A stretch of 64,000 bases of DNA from an uncultured Gammaproteobacteria bacterium (GCA_964641255.1 CAZXMM010000001.1:246973-310972); one strand, 5' to 3'. Shown: positions 19,501 through 29,206, counted from the stretch's first letter. Notes: generated from the letters alone by a model not told the origin. Numbers and translations are program-made.

Positions 19501-19959
19501 ATGCCCACAATCAACCAACTAGTTAAACGCGGTCGCAAAAGCAAGAGTCGAAAAATTCGTGCTACTGCCCTGCATAAGTTTTTTAATTCTAAAGACCGCT
19601 CAAGCAAAATGATTGCCTCGCCTTTTAAGCGGGGAGTCTGTACGGTGGTCAAAACTATGACTCCTAAGAAACCTAACTCGGCCCTGCGTAAAGTAGCTCG
19701 AGTCCGTCTAAGTAATCGCCAGGAAGTGACAGCTTATATTCAAGGAATTGGCCACGAGCTAGCCGAACACTCGATTGTAATGGTGCGGGGCGGGCGGGTA
19801 CGGGATCTCGTTGGTATTAAATACCATATTATTCGCGGTAAATTTGATACCACAGGAGTTAAGGGTCGCAAGCAGTCCAGAAGTAAGTATGGTACTAAAA
19901 AGGGTGATGGTGGAGGAACTGCAGCGGTAGTTAAGCCGTCTGCTACTCCGGCCGCTTAA
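19501..19959 (+). CDS. rpsL: 30S ribosomal protein S12, with Gly-rich C-terminal extension
   Basis: [13 protein letters not shown]...[11 protein letters not shown]; 152 aa versus about 124 typical. Confidence 0.95.
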   Translation: MPTINQLVKRGRKSKSRKIRATALHKFFNSKDRSSKMIASPFKRGVCTVVKTMTPKKPNSALRKVARVRLSNRQEVTAYIQGIGHELAEHSIVMVRGGRVRDLVGIKYHIIRGKFDTTGVKGRKQSRSKYGTKKGDGGGTAAVVKPSATPAA

Positions 19960-19968
19960 TCAAAGACT

Positions 19969-20451
19969 ATGCCAAGATCAAAAAAAATCATTAAAAAAAT
20001 CACTCCCTTGGACCCGGTCTATAGTAACCGGTTGGTGACTAAGCTTATCAACAAAACCATGCACGATGGGAAAAAGAGTACCGCTGCCAAGCAAGTCTAT
20101 CGAGCCTTAGAAATTGTTAAGGAAAAAATGCCTGAGAGTGATCCTGTTAAGACCTTTGAGTTAGTTATCAATACCATTGGACCGAAGATGGAAGTGCGCT
20201 CCAGGAGAGTGGGTGGAGCTTCTTACCAAGTTCCCTCTGAAGTTCGGGGTGATAGAAAAGTTCACCTAGCCATTATTTGGCTTTTGGACGCGGCTCGAAA
20301 AAGATCGAACAAGGAATATCATACCTTTGCTGAGAAATTAGCTGCAGAAATGATTGATTCGACAAATGGGTTGGGAAATGCCATCAAGAAACGCGACATG
20401 GTTCATAAAATGGCCGAAGCGAATCGCGCCTTTGCCCACCTTCGGTGGTAG
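19969..20451 (+). CDS. rpsG: 30S ribosomal protein S7
   Basis: MPRSKKIIKK...; S7-like throughout; follows rpsL. Confidence 0.95.
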   Translation: MPRSKKIIKKITPLDPVYSNRLVTKLINKTMHDGKKSTAAKQVYRALEIVKEKMPESDPVKTFELVINTIGPKMEVRSRRVGGASYQVPSEVRGDRKVHLAIIWLLDAARKRSNKEYHTFAEKLAAEMIDSTNGLGNAIKKRDMVHKMAEANRAFAHLRW

Positions 20452-20961
20452 TTAGTCTGTCTTCGCCAGCCACTCCTTAGTAGCCTCAAGACATAATTCT
20501 AAACGGTGGGGAAAATCCTTGTCGGTTAAGTGAATATCAATTGTGTCTTTATGATTAGCCACAAACTTATTGTGGTCGACAATCCAGTCGTCAAGGTATT
20601 GAAACTGATCATATTTTTTGGCTTTCCAGATTTTCACTAACAGTTCTTTAGTAAAATCTAAGCTAATGACAAAGTGCCGGTAGCCAAACTTCTTAAGATT
20701 TTCTTTAGTTTCCGACCAATTACGATCAACACTGATATCTAAGATAAAGCTGCGACTAGAGTTAAGGAGCGCACTAATTCGGGTGTGAGCTCGGCTGTGG
20801 GTTTCCTCCTCGCTGCTAACTAGTAAATCTTCTTTGACCTCGGTACGAATAGCATCTTTATTAAAGATAGGTAGGTTTAGTTGGCAACTCAAGTACGTGG
20901 CAATGGGGGTTTTGGAACTGCCAGGCGGACCAGCAAAAGTGATGCAAAATTTATTTTTCAT
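20452..20961 (-). CDS. Small P-loop NTPase, nucleoside/nucleotide kinase-like (zeta-toxin/AAA_33-like fold), substrate unknown
   Basis: Walker A FAGPPGSSKT; Walker B-like hhhD (FILDIS); 169 aa; encoded antisense, inserted between rpsG and fusA. Confidence 0.5.
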   Translation of the reverse strand: MKNKFCITFAGPPGSSKTPIATYLSCQLNLPIFNKDAIRTEVKEDLLVSSEEETHSRAHTRISALLNSSRSFILDISVDRNWSETKENLKKFGYRHFVISLDFTKELLVKIWKAKKYDQFQYLDDWIVDHNKFVANHKDTIDIHLTDKDFPHRLELCLEATKEWLAKTD

Positions 20962-20976
20962 TTATACTTGTTTTAG

Positions 20977-22536
20977 ATGAAATATCTAACTGCACTTTTC
21001 TTTCCTGCGGCAATTTTACTTTTTTTTACCCTGTCTTTCCACACGGTGACTGACTTTAGTCAAGATTTGGGAAGACATTTACTGATTGGGAAAATAATTA
21101 GAGCTACTGGGGCGATCCCCCAGACTAATTTGCTCTCTTTTACCCACCCCAATTTTCCCTTCACCAATAGTCATTGGTTAGCCGAGGTTGTCTTTTATCT
21201 GCTTAGTAGTCCTCTAAATCTTTTAGGACTCAAGGTAATTATTTTTGTGAGTGCAATGACGCTGACACTTATGACTGCCTGGCAATATTCCAAAAGTCTG
21301 CTAGCAACGGCAGTAGCTTTTTGCCTTCTTGTGCCAGTGCTTTTGGAGCGGACCGATATTCGACCAGAAATATTTTCCTTTCTTTTTGTAGCGGTTTTTA
21401 TGCACCTCTTACTACTTAATAGGACTAAGCTTCTTTTCCTTTTGCCACTTATCGAAATTATTTGGGTCAATACCCACATCTATTTTATTTTAGGGCCAAT
21501 CCTCTGTTTGATCTTTTTTCAAAAGAAATACTGGTATGTTACCTTCCTTACCTGTTTAGCCACAGTGGTTAACCCGAATTTTTTAACCGGAGCGCTGTTC
21601 CCAATTTTCGTGCTGCAAAATTATGGCTACTCGATTGTGGAGAACCAGCAAATTTTCTTTTTACAGCAAGTCACCAGCAACCCAAACATTTGGTACTTTG
21701 AAACAGCCGTGGTTGGCTTAGTGTTAAGCAGCCTTTTTGTGGAATTAAAAAAAATTACGTACCATCACCTCTTACTGGGAGGGTTAATCATTCTCCCTAT
21801 AATCGCCATTCGTAACTTTCCCTTATTTTTTCTCCTGGAACTACCCTTGTTTGCATATATTCTCGCCCACTCTGCTTTACCACTCCGAAGATATGAGAAA
21901 TTTATTTTTTGCTTGGTTCTGGCCCTAACCTTACTTCGGGCTGGCCGGCTTTGGACCAACCAATACTACTTAAGCATCGATTCGGCAAAGCGCTTTGGCT
22001 TCTTCGTCGAAGAGCCCGGAAAAAAAGCTCTAGATTTTATTACTGATCATAAGCTTTTGGGACCGATCCTTAATAATTTTGACATGGGTAGCTATATTGC
22101 CTACCGCTTGTATCCGAGAGAGAAAGTTTTTGTAGATGGCCGACCGGAGGCCTATCCCAAAGAATTTTTCCAAGAAGTCTATATTCCACTCCAGCAAAGC
22201 CCAGAGAATTTTGCTGTGGCTAAGGAACACTTTAAATTTTCTACCATTATTTTTTCCCACCGTGATGGTACCCCTTGGGCGCAACAGTTTCTCTCTTTTA
22301 TTGTTGCCGATCCCGATTTTCGCCTAGTCTATCTCGATAGCTACGCGGTGGTATTTGCTAAAGATACCAATCTCAAAACGGTGGACCCTGATAGTTTATT
22401 AGCAACTAGTGTTAACTATCTAGATAGTTACTATTTGGCTCGTGTGGCTGCAATTTTTGGCTGGGAAGAAATATCGACCAAGCTGGCGGCTCAGTCAATT
22501 AGTAATCGACCAACTAGATCACTGGTTTTTTTCTAG
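20977..22536 (+). CDS. Polytopic membrane protein with C-terminal soluble domain, GT-C-like glycosyltransferase candidate
   Basis: 519 aa; about 12 TM segments in the first ~330 aa, then a hydrophilic domain. Confidence 0.45.
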   Translation: MKYLTALFFPAAILLFFTLSFHTVTDFSQDLGRHLLIGKIIRATGAIPQTNLLSFTHPNFPFTNSHWLAEVVFYLLSSPLNLLGLKVIIFVSAMTLTLMTAWQYSKSLLATAVAFCLLVPVLLERTDIRPEIFSFLFVAVFMHLLLLNRTKLLFLLPLIEIIWVNTHIYFILGPILCLIFFQKKYWYVTFLTCLATVVNPNFLTGALFPIFVLQNYGYSIVENQQIFFLQQVTSNPNIWYFETAVVGLVLSSLFVELKKITYHHLLLGGLIILPIIAIRNFPLFFLLELPLFAYILAHSALPLRRYEKFIFCLVLALTLLRAGRLWTNQYYLSIDSAKRFGFFVEEPGKKALDFITDHKLLGPILNNFDMGSYIAYRLYPREKVFVDGRPEAYPKEFFQEVYIPLQQSPENFAVAKEHFKFSTIIFSHRDGTPWAQQFLSFIVADPDFRLVYLDSYAVVFAKDTNLKTVDPDSLLATSVNYLDSYYLARVAAIFGWEEISTKLAAQSISNRPTRSLVFF

Positions 22537-22559
22537 TCCTTTCTAGTATAATGGGGTGC

Positions 22560-22585
22560 GTGCCGAAAATCGGCACTCGTTTTTT
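22560..22585 (+). terminator. Hairpin GTGCCG-aaaat-CGGCAC plus TCGTTTTTT, 25 nt upstream of fusA; terminator of the upstream gene and/or fusA leader attenuator
   Basis: Inverted repeat plus T-run; preceded by TATAAT at 22547-22552. Confidence 0.5.
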
Positions 22586-22610
22586 GCAATGATTCCAACA
22601 ATAGAATTTT

Positions 22611-24710
22611 ATGTCTGATGCCAAATCCCGTCTTTATCCTCTAGATCGTATCCGTAACATCGGTATTATTGCTCATATTGATGCTGGTAAGACCACTACT
22701 ACTGAGCGGATCCTTTTTTATACCGGAAAAACCTACAAAATTGGCGATATTGATGATGGTAATACCGTGATGGACTGGATGCCTCAAGAGCGGGAGCGGG
22801 GTATAACTATTGTCTCGGCAGCAACTACGACTTTTTGGAAAGACGTTCGCATCAATATTATTGATACTCCCGGGCACGTGGATTTTACTGCCGAAGTGGA
22901 GCGTTCACTTCGGGTTCTTGATGGGGCAGTAATGGTTTTTGACGGCAAGATGGGGGTGGAGGCCCAGTCAGAAACTGTCTGGCGTCAGGCTGACAAATAT
23001 GACGTTCCTCGAATTTGTTCGGTTAACAAAATCAACGGTATTGGCGGGAGCTTTATCAACTCTTTGAAAGATATTCAAGAAAAGCTCAGCCCCAATGCTG
23101 TAGCCATGATTCTCCCTATTGGACTAGAACACGATCATCGTGGTGTGGTGGATTTACTCACACGCAAGGCCTATACCTACAAAGGCCCAGAAACGGTGGA
23201 ACTGATTGAAGAAGAAATTCCAGCAGACATGAAGACTGAGGTAGAACTTTACCGTACCATGTTGGTTGAAAAAGCTGTCGAAGTCGATGACAAGTTATTG
23301 GAAAAATACCTCGAAGGAAAAGAGCCAACAATTGAAGAGCTTAAGGCTGCTATTCGCAAGGGAACCATCGAAAAGAAATTATTTCCGGTATTCGGTGGGG
23401 ACAATCGGATGTGTACAGTGCGCTTACTTCTTGACGCAATCGTTGACTATCTGCCCACTCCGCTTGACCGCCCAGCTATTACTGGAGTTAACCCTAAAAG
23501 TGGGGAGAGTGAGACGAGAGAACAAAAAACCGATGCTCCTTTTTCTGGACTAGCTTTTAAGATTCAGCTCGATCCTCACGTAGGGAAGCTCTATTATGTT
23601 CGTGTTTATTCGGGAACGATTAAAGCTGGCTCTTATGTTTACAATGCTACTAAAGGTCAACAAGAACGTGTGGGCCGGCTACTATTTATGCACGCTAACG
23701 ATCGAGAAGAGATCCAGGAGGCTTACCCTGGAGAAATCGTGGCTGTTGTGGGGCTTAAAGAAACAAGAACCGGAGATACACTTTCAAACCCTGATCATCC
23801 TATAATTCTTGAAGGGATTTCTTTTGCTGAGCCAGTTATCTCGTTTGCTATCGAGCCAAAGACTAAATCAGACCAAGAAAAAATGGGGTATGCCCTGCAG
23901 CGGGTGATGGAGGAGGACCCCACGATTAGACTTCGGTCCAACAAAGAAACCAATCAGACAATCATTTCTGGTATGGGCGAGTTACATCTTGAAGTCTGGG
24001 TCCGCCGCATGAAAGAAGAAATGGGAGTAGATACGAACGTTGGAGCCCCCCAAGTAGCTTATAAAGAAACAATTACTATGCCAGCCGAGGGTGAAGGGAA
24101 ATATATTCGCCAAACCGGAGGCCGTGGTCAGTATGGTCACGCCATGATTAAGATTGAACCTAAACCCAGGGGCGAGGGGTGGGAATTTATTAATGCCATT
24201 AAAGGTGGGACTGTTCCCGCTGAGTACATTCCCTCAGTAGAAAAGGGGACTAAAGAGTGTGCTAACAATGGGATTCTGGCTGGGTTCCCATTAACTGATA
24301 TTAAAGTTACGTTTTATGACGGCTCTTATCATGATGTGGACTCCAGTGATGTAGCGTTCCAAATTGCCGGATCCATGGCGCTTCAGGATGCCACCAAGAA
24401 AGCCGGACTGGTGCTCCTAGAGCCGATCATGAAGGTGGAAGTAACCACCCCGGACGAATTTATGGGAGATGTCATTGGTGATTTATCCAGCAAGCGGGCC
24501 CAGATTCTCGGTTCCACTAAAAGAGGCAGCGCCACCATTATTATGGCTCTGGTTCCCCTCGCTGAACTGTCGGGATACGCTACCAAACTGCGAAGTATTT
24601 CCCAAGGTCGCGCCAGTTATTACATGGAACCCAGTCATTACGAAGAAACGCCCAGAAATGTCCAGGAGGGAATTGTCGCCAAGTATAGTACTGCTAAAGC
24701 GGGGTCGTAG
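22611..24710 (+). CDS. fusA: Elongation factor G
   Basis: [21 protein letters not shown] GTPase motifs; 699 aa. Confidence 0.97.
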   Translation: MSDAKSRLYPLDRIRNIGIIAHIDAGKTTTTERILFYTGKTYKIGDIDDGNTVMDWMPQERERGITIVSAATTTFWKDVRINIIDTPGHVDFTAEVERSLRVLDGAVMVFDGKMGVEAQSETVWRQADKYDVPRICSVNKINGIGGSFINSLKDIQEKLSPNAVAMILPIGLEHDHRGVVDLLTRKAYTYKGPETVELIEEEIPADMKTEVELYRTMLVEKAVEVDDKLLEKYLEGKEPTIEELKAAIRKGTIEKKLFPVFGGDNRMCTVRLLLDAIVDYLPTPLDRPAITGVNPKSGESETREQKTDAPFSGLAFKIQLDPHVGKLYYVRVYSGTIKAGSYVYNATKGQQERVGRLLFMHANDREEIQEAYPGEIVAVVGLKETRTGDTLSNPDHPIILEGISFAEPVISFAIEPKTKSDQEKMGYALQRVMEEDPTIRLRSNKETNQTIISGMGELHLEVWVRRMKEEMGVDTNVGAPQVAYKETITMPAEGEGKYIRQTGGRGQYGHAMIKIEPKPRGEGWEFINAIKGGTVPAEYIPSVEKGTKECANNGILAGFPLTDIKVTFYDGSYHDVDSSDVAFQIAGSMALQDATKKAGLVLLEPIMKVEVTTPDEFMGDVIGDLSSKRAQILGSTKRGSATIIMALVPLAELSGYATKLRSISQGRASYYMEPSHYEETPRNVQEGIVAKYSTAKAGS

Positions 24711-24732
24711 TTCTATCACCAAATCTCCCCCC

Positions 24733-24762
24733 TTGCTAAAGAGAGTAAGCACAGTTTATAAT
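24733..24762 (+). promoter_or_regulatory. Sigma70-like promoter for tuf: -35 TTGCTA, 18-nt spacer, -10 TATAAT
   Basis: Hexamers read directly; the -35 is the 3' end of the repeated CAAATCTCCCCCCTTGC motif. Confidence 0.55.
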
Positions 24763-24858
24763 CATTACTAGCCTTACATCGAGGCAGGTCTTTTTTGCCA
24801 AAAAGGCAATCTAGGGAGCAAGAGTTAATTACTTAATTTTTATTAATCTAAAAACAAT

Positions 24859-26046
24859 ATGGCAGACGCAGCAAAATTCAATCGTTCCAAGCCTCACGTT
24901 AATATTGGTACCATGGGTCACGTTGATCATGGAAAAACCACCCTGACCTCAGCGATTACCACGGTACTCGCCAAAAAGGGTTTGTCCAAGGCGATGGCCT
25001 ACGATCAAATCGATAATTCCCCCGAAGAAAAGGCTCGTGGTGTCACTATCAACATTACTCACGTCGAATATGAGACGGAGAATCGGCACTATGCTCATAT
25101 CGATATGCCGGGTCACGCCGACTATATCAAAAACATGATTACCGGAGCCGCCCAGGTTGACGGCGCGATTTTAGTAGTTTCTGCTCCTGATGGCCCGATG
25201 GCCCAGACCAGAGAGCATTTACTACTTGCTAAGCAAGTTAACGTCCCGGCTATTGTAGTCTTCTTAAATAAAGTCGATATGGTTAGCGATCCTGAACTGC
25301 TTGATTTAGTCGAAGAAGAGGTTCGTGAGCTACTGGACAAATACGGGTTCCATGGTAAAGACGTTCCGATTATTCGTGGCTCTGCCCTTAAGGCTACCGA
25401 GGGGGATGCAGAGAATGAGCAGAAGATTATGGACCTAATGGCAGCGGTTGATTCCTATATTCCCACTCCAGTGCGTGAATTAGATAAACCCTTCCTGATG
25501 CCAGTTGAAGACGTTTTCTCAATTAAAGGTCGAGGAACAGTGGTAACGGGGAAAATTGATCGTGGCGTTATTAAAGTCAACGAAGAAGTGGAGATTGTGG
25601 GTCTTAAGGCTACCCAAAAAAGTGTGGTGACCGGAGTAGAAATGTTCCGCAAACAACTTGATGAGGGCCAAGCCGGGGATAACGTTGGGCTGCTTCTAAG
25701 AGGGATCGAAAAAGATCAGGTGGAACGTGGACAAGTACTCGCTAAACCTGGATCAATTACTCCCCACACGGAGTTTGAGGCCGAAGTCTACATTCTTTCT
25801 AAGGAGGAAGGCGGACGTCATACACCATTCTTTACAGGCTATCGTCCCCAGTTCTACATTAGAACTACGGATGTTACCGGTGAAGTTACTCTAAATGAGG
25901 GAGTAGAAATGGTCATGCCGGGAGATAATGCCAAGATGAAAGTGAAGCTGATTCAACCGGTAGCTCTTGAGGATGGAATGCGTTTTGCCATCCGTGAAGG
26001 CGGCCACACCGTAGGAGCCGGAGTGGTTAGTAAAATTATTGCTTAA
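24859..26046 (+). CDS. tuf: Elongation factor Tu
   Basis: [22 protein letters not shown] motifs; 395 aa. Confidence 0.97.
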   Translation: MADAAKFNRSKPHVNIGTMGHVDHGKTTLTSAITTVLAKKGLSKAMAYDQIDNSPEEKARGVTINITHVEYETENRHYAHIDMPGHADYIKNMITGAAQVDGAILVVSAPDGPMAQTREHLLLAKQVNVPAIVVFLNKVDMVSDPELLDLVEEEVRELLDKYGFHGKDVPIIRGSALKATEGDAENEQKIMDLMAAVDSYIPTPVRELDKPFLMPVEDVFSIKGRGTVVTGKIDRGVIKVNEEVEIVGLKATQKSVVTGVEMFRKQLDEGQAGDNVGLLLRGIEKDQVERGQVLAKPGSITPHTEFEAEVYILSKEEGGRHTPFFTGYRPQFYIRTTDVTGEVTLNEGVEMVMPGDNAKMKVKLIQPVALEDGMRFAIREGGHTVGAGVVSKIIA

Positions 26047-26065
26047 GGATTAGAGCCTTATTTAC

Positions 26066-26092
26066 ACGCCCCGAAAACTTCGGGGCGTTTTT
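26066..26092 (+). terminator. Rho-independent terminator after tuf (ACGCCCCG-aaaactt-CGGGGCGT plus TTTTT)
   Basis: 8-bp GC-rich stem plus U-tract, 20 nt after the tuf stop; only ~40 nt before rpsJ, so rpsJ is probably expressed by read-through. Confidence 0.8.
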
Positions 26093-26132
26093 AGACACTA
26101 AAGCTGTTGGGGACTTTAGTTAATTTAAAAAA

Positions 26133-26441
26133 ATGCCCAAAGGCAGAATTCGTGTACGTTTAAAAGCTTATGACGGGAGAGTGCTTGACTCTACCTGTCA
26201 GTCAATTCTTGACGCAGCCATTCGCACTGGTGCGAGTGTTATTGGTCCCGTCCCTCTTCCCACCGATAAAAGTATGATTACTGTCAACCAGTCTCCCTTT
26301 GTTGATAAAAACTCCCAAGAACACTTCTGGATCAAAGTTCACAAAAGACTGATTGATATCATGGAACCAACCGATAAGACTATTGATTCGCTCATGCATC
26401 TGGAACTGCCGGCGGGAGTAGACATTGAAATTAAGATGTAA
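26133..26441 (+). CDS. rpsJ: 30S ribosomal protein S10
   Basis: MPKGRIRVRLKAYD...; 102 aa. Confidence 0.95.
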   Translation: MPKGRIRVRLKAYDGRVLDSTCQSILDAAIRTGASVIGPVPLPTDKSMITVNQSPFVDKNSQEHFWIKVHKRLIDIMEPTDKTIDSLMHLELPAGVDIEIKM

Positions 26442-26583
26442 CCCCGGAGCCCGAGAAGTGTATATGCTTCAACCTACAAATATTGGACAGTGTTTCCAAC
26501 TACTCATTGTCGCCTCTTGTTTTTGATCGCGTGTTGATTACTATGGATTATTGCAAAAGTAATCCGTTACAAACAAATAATTT

Positions 26584-27687
26584 ATGGAGAGCAAGCATCA
26601 CTACGTTTTAATCATGGCGGGGGGATCAGGAACGAGACTGTATCCTAAATCTCGGGAGAATGCTCCAAAACATCTTTCAAAAATTGTTGGAGACCAGACT
26701 CTTCTTCAACAAACCTTTAAAAGAGTCTCCCAAATAGTCTCAGTAGAAAATATCTATATCTCCACCAATTACAAATACGTTAATCAAATTCTCGAGCAAG
26801 TACCGAAGTTAAAAAAACATCAACTTATTTGTGAACCTGAAAAGAGAAATACCGCCCCAGCGTTAGCTCTAGGAACAAGTGTTATTGCAAGAAGTGACCC
26901 TAAGGCTGTTATTGCTGCAATCTCTTGTGACCACTATGTCCTTAAAGAAAAAAATTTTGTCAATGCGTTTAAACTAGCCTTAGCAGTAATTGAGTCCCAC
27001 CCGGATCGCATTCTAGTACTGGGAATTGAACCAAGCTCCCCCCACACTGGGTACGAATATATTGAGAAAGATGGAATCTTTTGGAAAAAAAATCAAGATC
27101 ACGTTTTTAATGTTAAGCGCTTTGTTGAACGCCCTGCGCATAGGGATATTGCTCAAAAATTTATTGATCAAGGTTACTTATGGAATGCGGGTTATTTCAT
27201 TTTTAGTGCCGAGTGTTTTATGAGTAAGATTAAAGAATTTTTACCAGAAGTCCATGCCGGGTTAGAAGCTATTACTGTCGCTGCAGAGAAAAAAAATTAC
27301 GAGGACGTGCTCAAGGAAGAGTTTTTGAAGTTTTCTGATGCCCAGATTGATAAGGCGGTAATGACTAAAATTGATAATTTAGTCGTGTTACCTGCTGATC
27401 TTGGCTGGTGCGATGTAGGCTCTTGGGATGTGGTCCGGAGTTTAATCGAAGAAAAGAAAAAAGATGAAAACAGCAATTATGCCGATGAAGAATTTATCGC
27501 GGTTGACTCCCACAATGTTACTGTTTTAGGCGATAATAAAGGACAGCTAGTAGCAACCATTGGATTGAGTAATATTACTATCATAAATACAGGAGATGCC
27601 ATTGTGGTAATGGAAAACGGCCGAGGACAGGAAGTTAAAAAGATCGTTGATGAAATTAAAAAAAGAAAGCTAGATTTTCTCTTATAA
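26584..27687 (+). CDS. manC: NDP-sugar pyrophosphorylase, mannose-1-phosphate guanylyltransferase-like
   Basis: LIMAGGSGTRLYPKSR nucleotidyltransferase motif; 367 aa with no C-terminal isomerase domain. Confidence 0.75.
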   Translation: MESKHHYVLIMAGGSGTRLYPKSRENAPKHLSKIVGDQTLLQQTFKRVSQIVSVENIYISTNYKYVNQILEQVPKLKKHQLICEPEKRNTAPALALGTSVIARSDPKAVIAAISCDHYVLKEKNFVNAFKLALAVIESHPDRILVLGIEPSSPHTGYEYIEKDGIFWKKNQDHVFNVKRFVERPAHRDIAQKFIDQGYLWNAGYFIFSAECFMSKIKEFLPEVHAGLEAITVAAEKKNYEDVLKEEFLKFSDAQIDKAVMTKIDNLVVLPADLGWCDVGSWDVVRSLIEEKKKDENSNYADEEFIAVDSHNVTVLGDNKGQLVATIGLSNITIINTGDAIVVMENGRGQEVKKIVDEIKKRKLDFLL

Positions 27688-27692
27688 AGATT

Positions 27693-29051
27693 ATGATTGT
27701 TGACCAAAGTATTTTTAAGGCTTACGACATTCGGGGGATCTATCCCGAGCAAATTAACGCTGAAATGGCCTATGCTATTGGACAGGGATACGCTAGTTAT
27801 GTTAAACCCACGAAACCTGTGGCAGTAGGCTACGATGTTCGCCTTCATTCTCACGAGCTTCAAAAAGAGGTAATCAGGGGATTGATTGACGCTGGTGTCA
27901 GCGTCATTGATGTTGGACTTATCTCAACAGAAATGGTTTATTTTGCTGTGGGCCATTTTGGTTTTGGCGGAGGAATACAGGTTACTGCTTCTCACAATCC
28001 CAAAGAATGGCACGGAATGAAATTCGTCAGAGAGAGTGTTATTCCCCTTTCTGGTGATAATGGAATCAAAGAAATTAAAGAGTTTGTTTTAAAAGGAGAG
28101 AGGATAGTTCTAGGAAAGAAAGGGACTGTAGAGCACCAAAATATTTTGGGAGACTTTTGTAATTATTTGCTCACCTGGATTGATCCAAAGAAACTAAAGC
28201 CGCTAACCATTGTCTATAATCCTAACTTTGGCTTTGCAGGTAAAGTTTTGGAACAACTAGTGGGACTCGGTAAACTTCCTGCAGCAATGATTCCCTTAAA
28301 CGCTGAACCTGATGGAAACTTTCCCAAAGGTAGGCCAGACCCTTTTATCCCAGAAAATAGAGTGGAATTTGCAGCATTAGTAAAAGAGAAGAAAGCCGAC
28401 TTGGGAGTAACATGGGATGCTGATGCTGACCGAGTATTTTTTTGCAGCGATGGAGGAACTTTTATTGAACCATATTTTACTAACGCGATCCTAATCAAGG
28501 CGCTTCTTGCGAAGTATCCAGGAGAAAAGGTTCTATACGATCCCCGCTATGCCTGGGCCCTAATAGATGCTACAGCTGCAGCCGGGGGAAGTTCCTACCT
28601 TGATCGGGTAGGCTATGTTTACATCAAAAGACGGATGCGCCAAGACAATATGGTTTTTTCCGGCGAGTCTAGTGGGCATACCTATTTTCGAGATTTTTGG
28701 TTTTCAGACTCGGGGATGATCCCACTGCTTTTGGTTTGGGAATTGCTGTCGGTAGAAAATAAGACACTCTCACAGTTGGTTAAACCTATTATGCAAAAAT
28801 ATTTTATTTCTGGCGAATTAAATTTTAAGACCGATAAAAAGACAGAAATTATGGCCGAACTCGAAAAAGCCTATTCCAGCACAAAAATTGATCATACAGA
28901 TGGAATTACGCTCGAAAGTACCGACTGGCGAGCTAATGTGCGGGCTTCCAATACCGAGCCTCTCCTGCGATTAAATGTAGAGGCAAGATCCCAAGTAAAA
29001 ATGGAGGAGAAACGTGACGAATTAGTTAGTTTTATCAATCAGAAATCCTAA
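27693..29051 (+). CDS. manB: Phosphomannomutase/phosphoglucomutase
   Basis: Active-site TASHNP; GVTWDADADR metal-binding loop; 452 aa. Confidence 0.8.
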   Translation: MIVDQSIFKAYDIRGIYPEQINAEMAYAIGQGYASYVKPTKPVAVGYDVRLHSHELQKEVIRGLIDAGVSVIDVGLISTEMVYFAVGHFGFGGGIQVTASHNPKEWHGMKFVRESVIPLSGDNGIKEIKEFVLKGERIVLGKKGTVEHQNILGDFCNYLLTWIDPKKLKPLTIVYNPNFGFAGKVLEQLVGLGKLPAAMIPLNAEPDGNFPKGRPDPFIPENRVEFAALVKEKKADLGVTWDADADRVFFCSDGGTFIEPYFTNAILIKALLAKYPGEKVLYDPRYAWALIDATAAAGGSSYLDRVGYVYIKRRMRQDNMVFSGESSGHTYFRDFWFSDSGMIPLLLVWELLSVENKTLSQLVKPIMQKYFISGELNFKTDKKTEIMAELEKAYSSTKIDHTDGITLESTDWRANVRASNTEPLLRLNVEARSQVKMEEKRDELVSFINQKS

Positions 29052-29061
29052 ACGCCAGCTC

Positions 29062-29091
29062 TTGCTTTTGCGCTTGCCTCGATGGTACAAT
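29062..29091 (+). promoter_or_regulatory. Sigma70-like promoter for the rplC-led operon: -35 TTGCTT, 18-nt spacer, extended -10 TGgTACAAT
   Basis: Hexamers read directly, downstream of the manB stop. Confidence 0.5.
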
Positions 29092-29147
29092 ACGCAGGAA
29101 TGCTAGAGTTCTCTAAACTCACTATAGCGTAGTTGGATGTAGAGAGA

Positions 29148-29186
29148 CTTTTACCTTGTAAAAGTCCCGTATCCGGGACTTTTTTT
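29148..29186 (+). promoter_or_regulatory. Leader attenuator candidate: two mutually exclusive hairpins, the second an intrinsic terminator 20 nt upstream of rplC
   Basis: Hairpin A is CTTTTAC-ctt-GTAAAAG (29148-29164); hairpin B is AAGTCCCG-tatc-CGGGACTT plus TTTTTTTG (29162-29186); the arms overlap at 29162-29164. Confidence 0.5.
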
Positions 29187-29206
29187 GTGCTTAACCGAGC
29201 TCAACT

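Noticed and set aside
24771-24810. TTGCC-aaaaa-GGCAA hairpin in the tuf leader
   Set aside because: Short stem, no U-tract, no alternative pairing evident; not enough to call a regulatory element.
29052-29147. Possible tRNA or small RNA in the 155-nt gap before rplC
   Set aside because: No cloverleaf can be drawn (no acceptor/T-arm pairing). The region is better explained as promoter plus leader with alternative hairpins.
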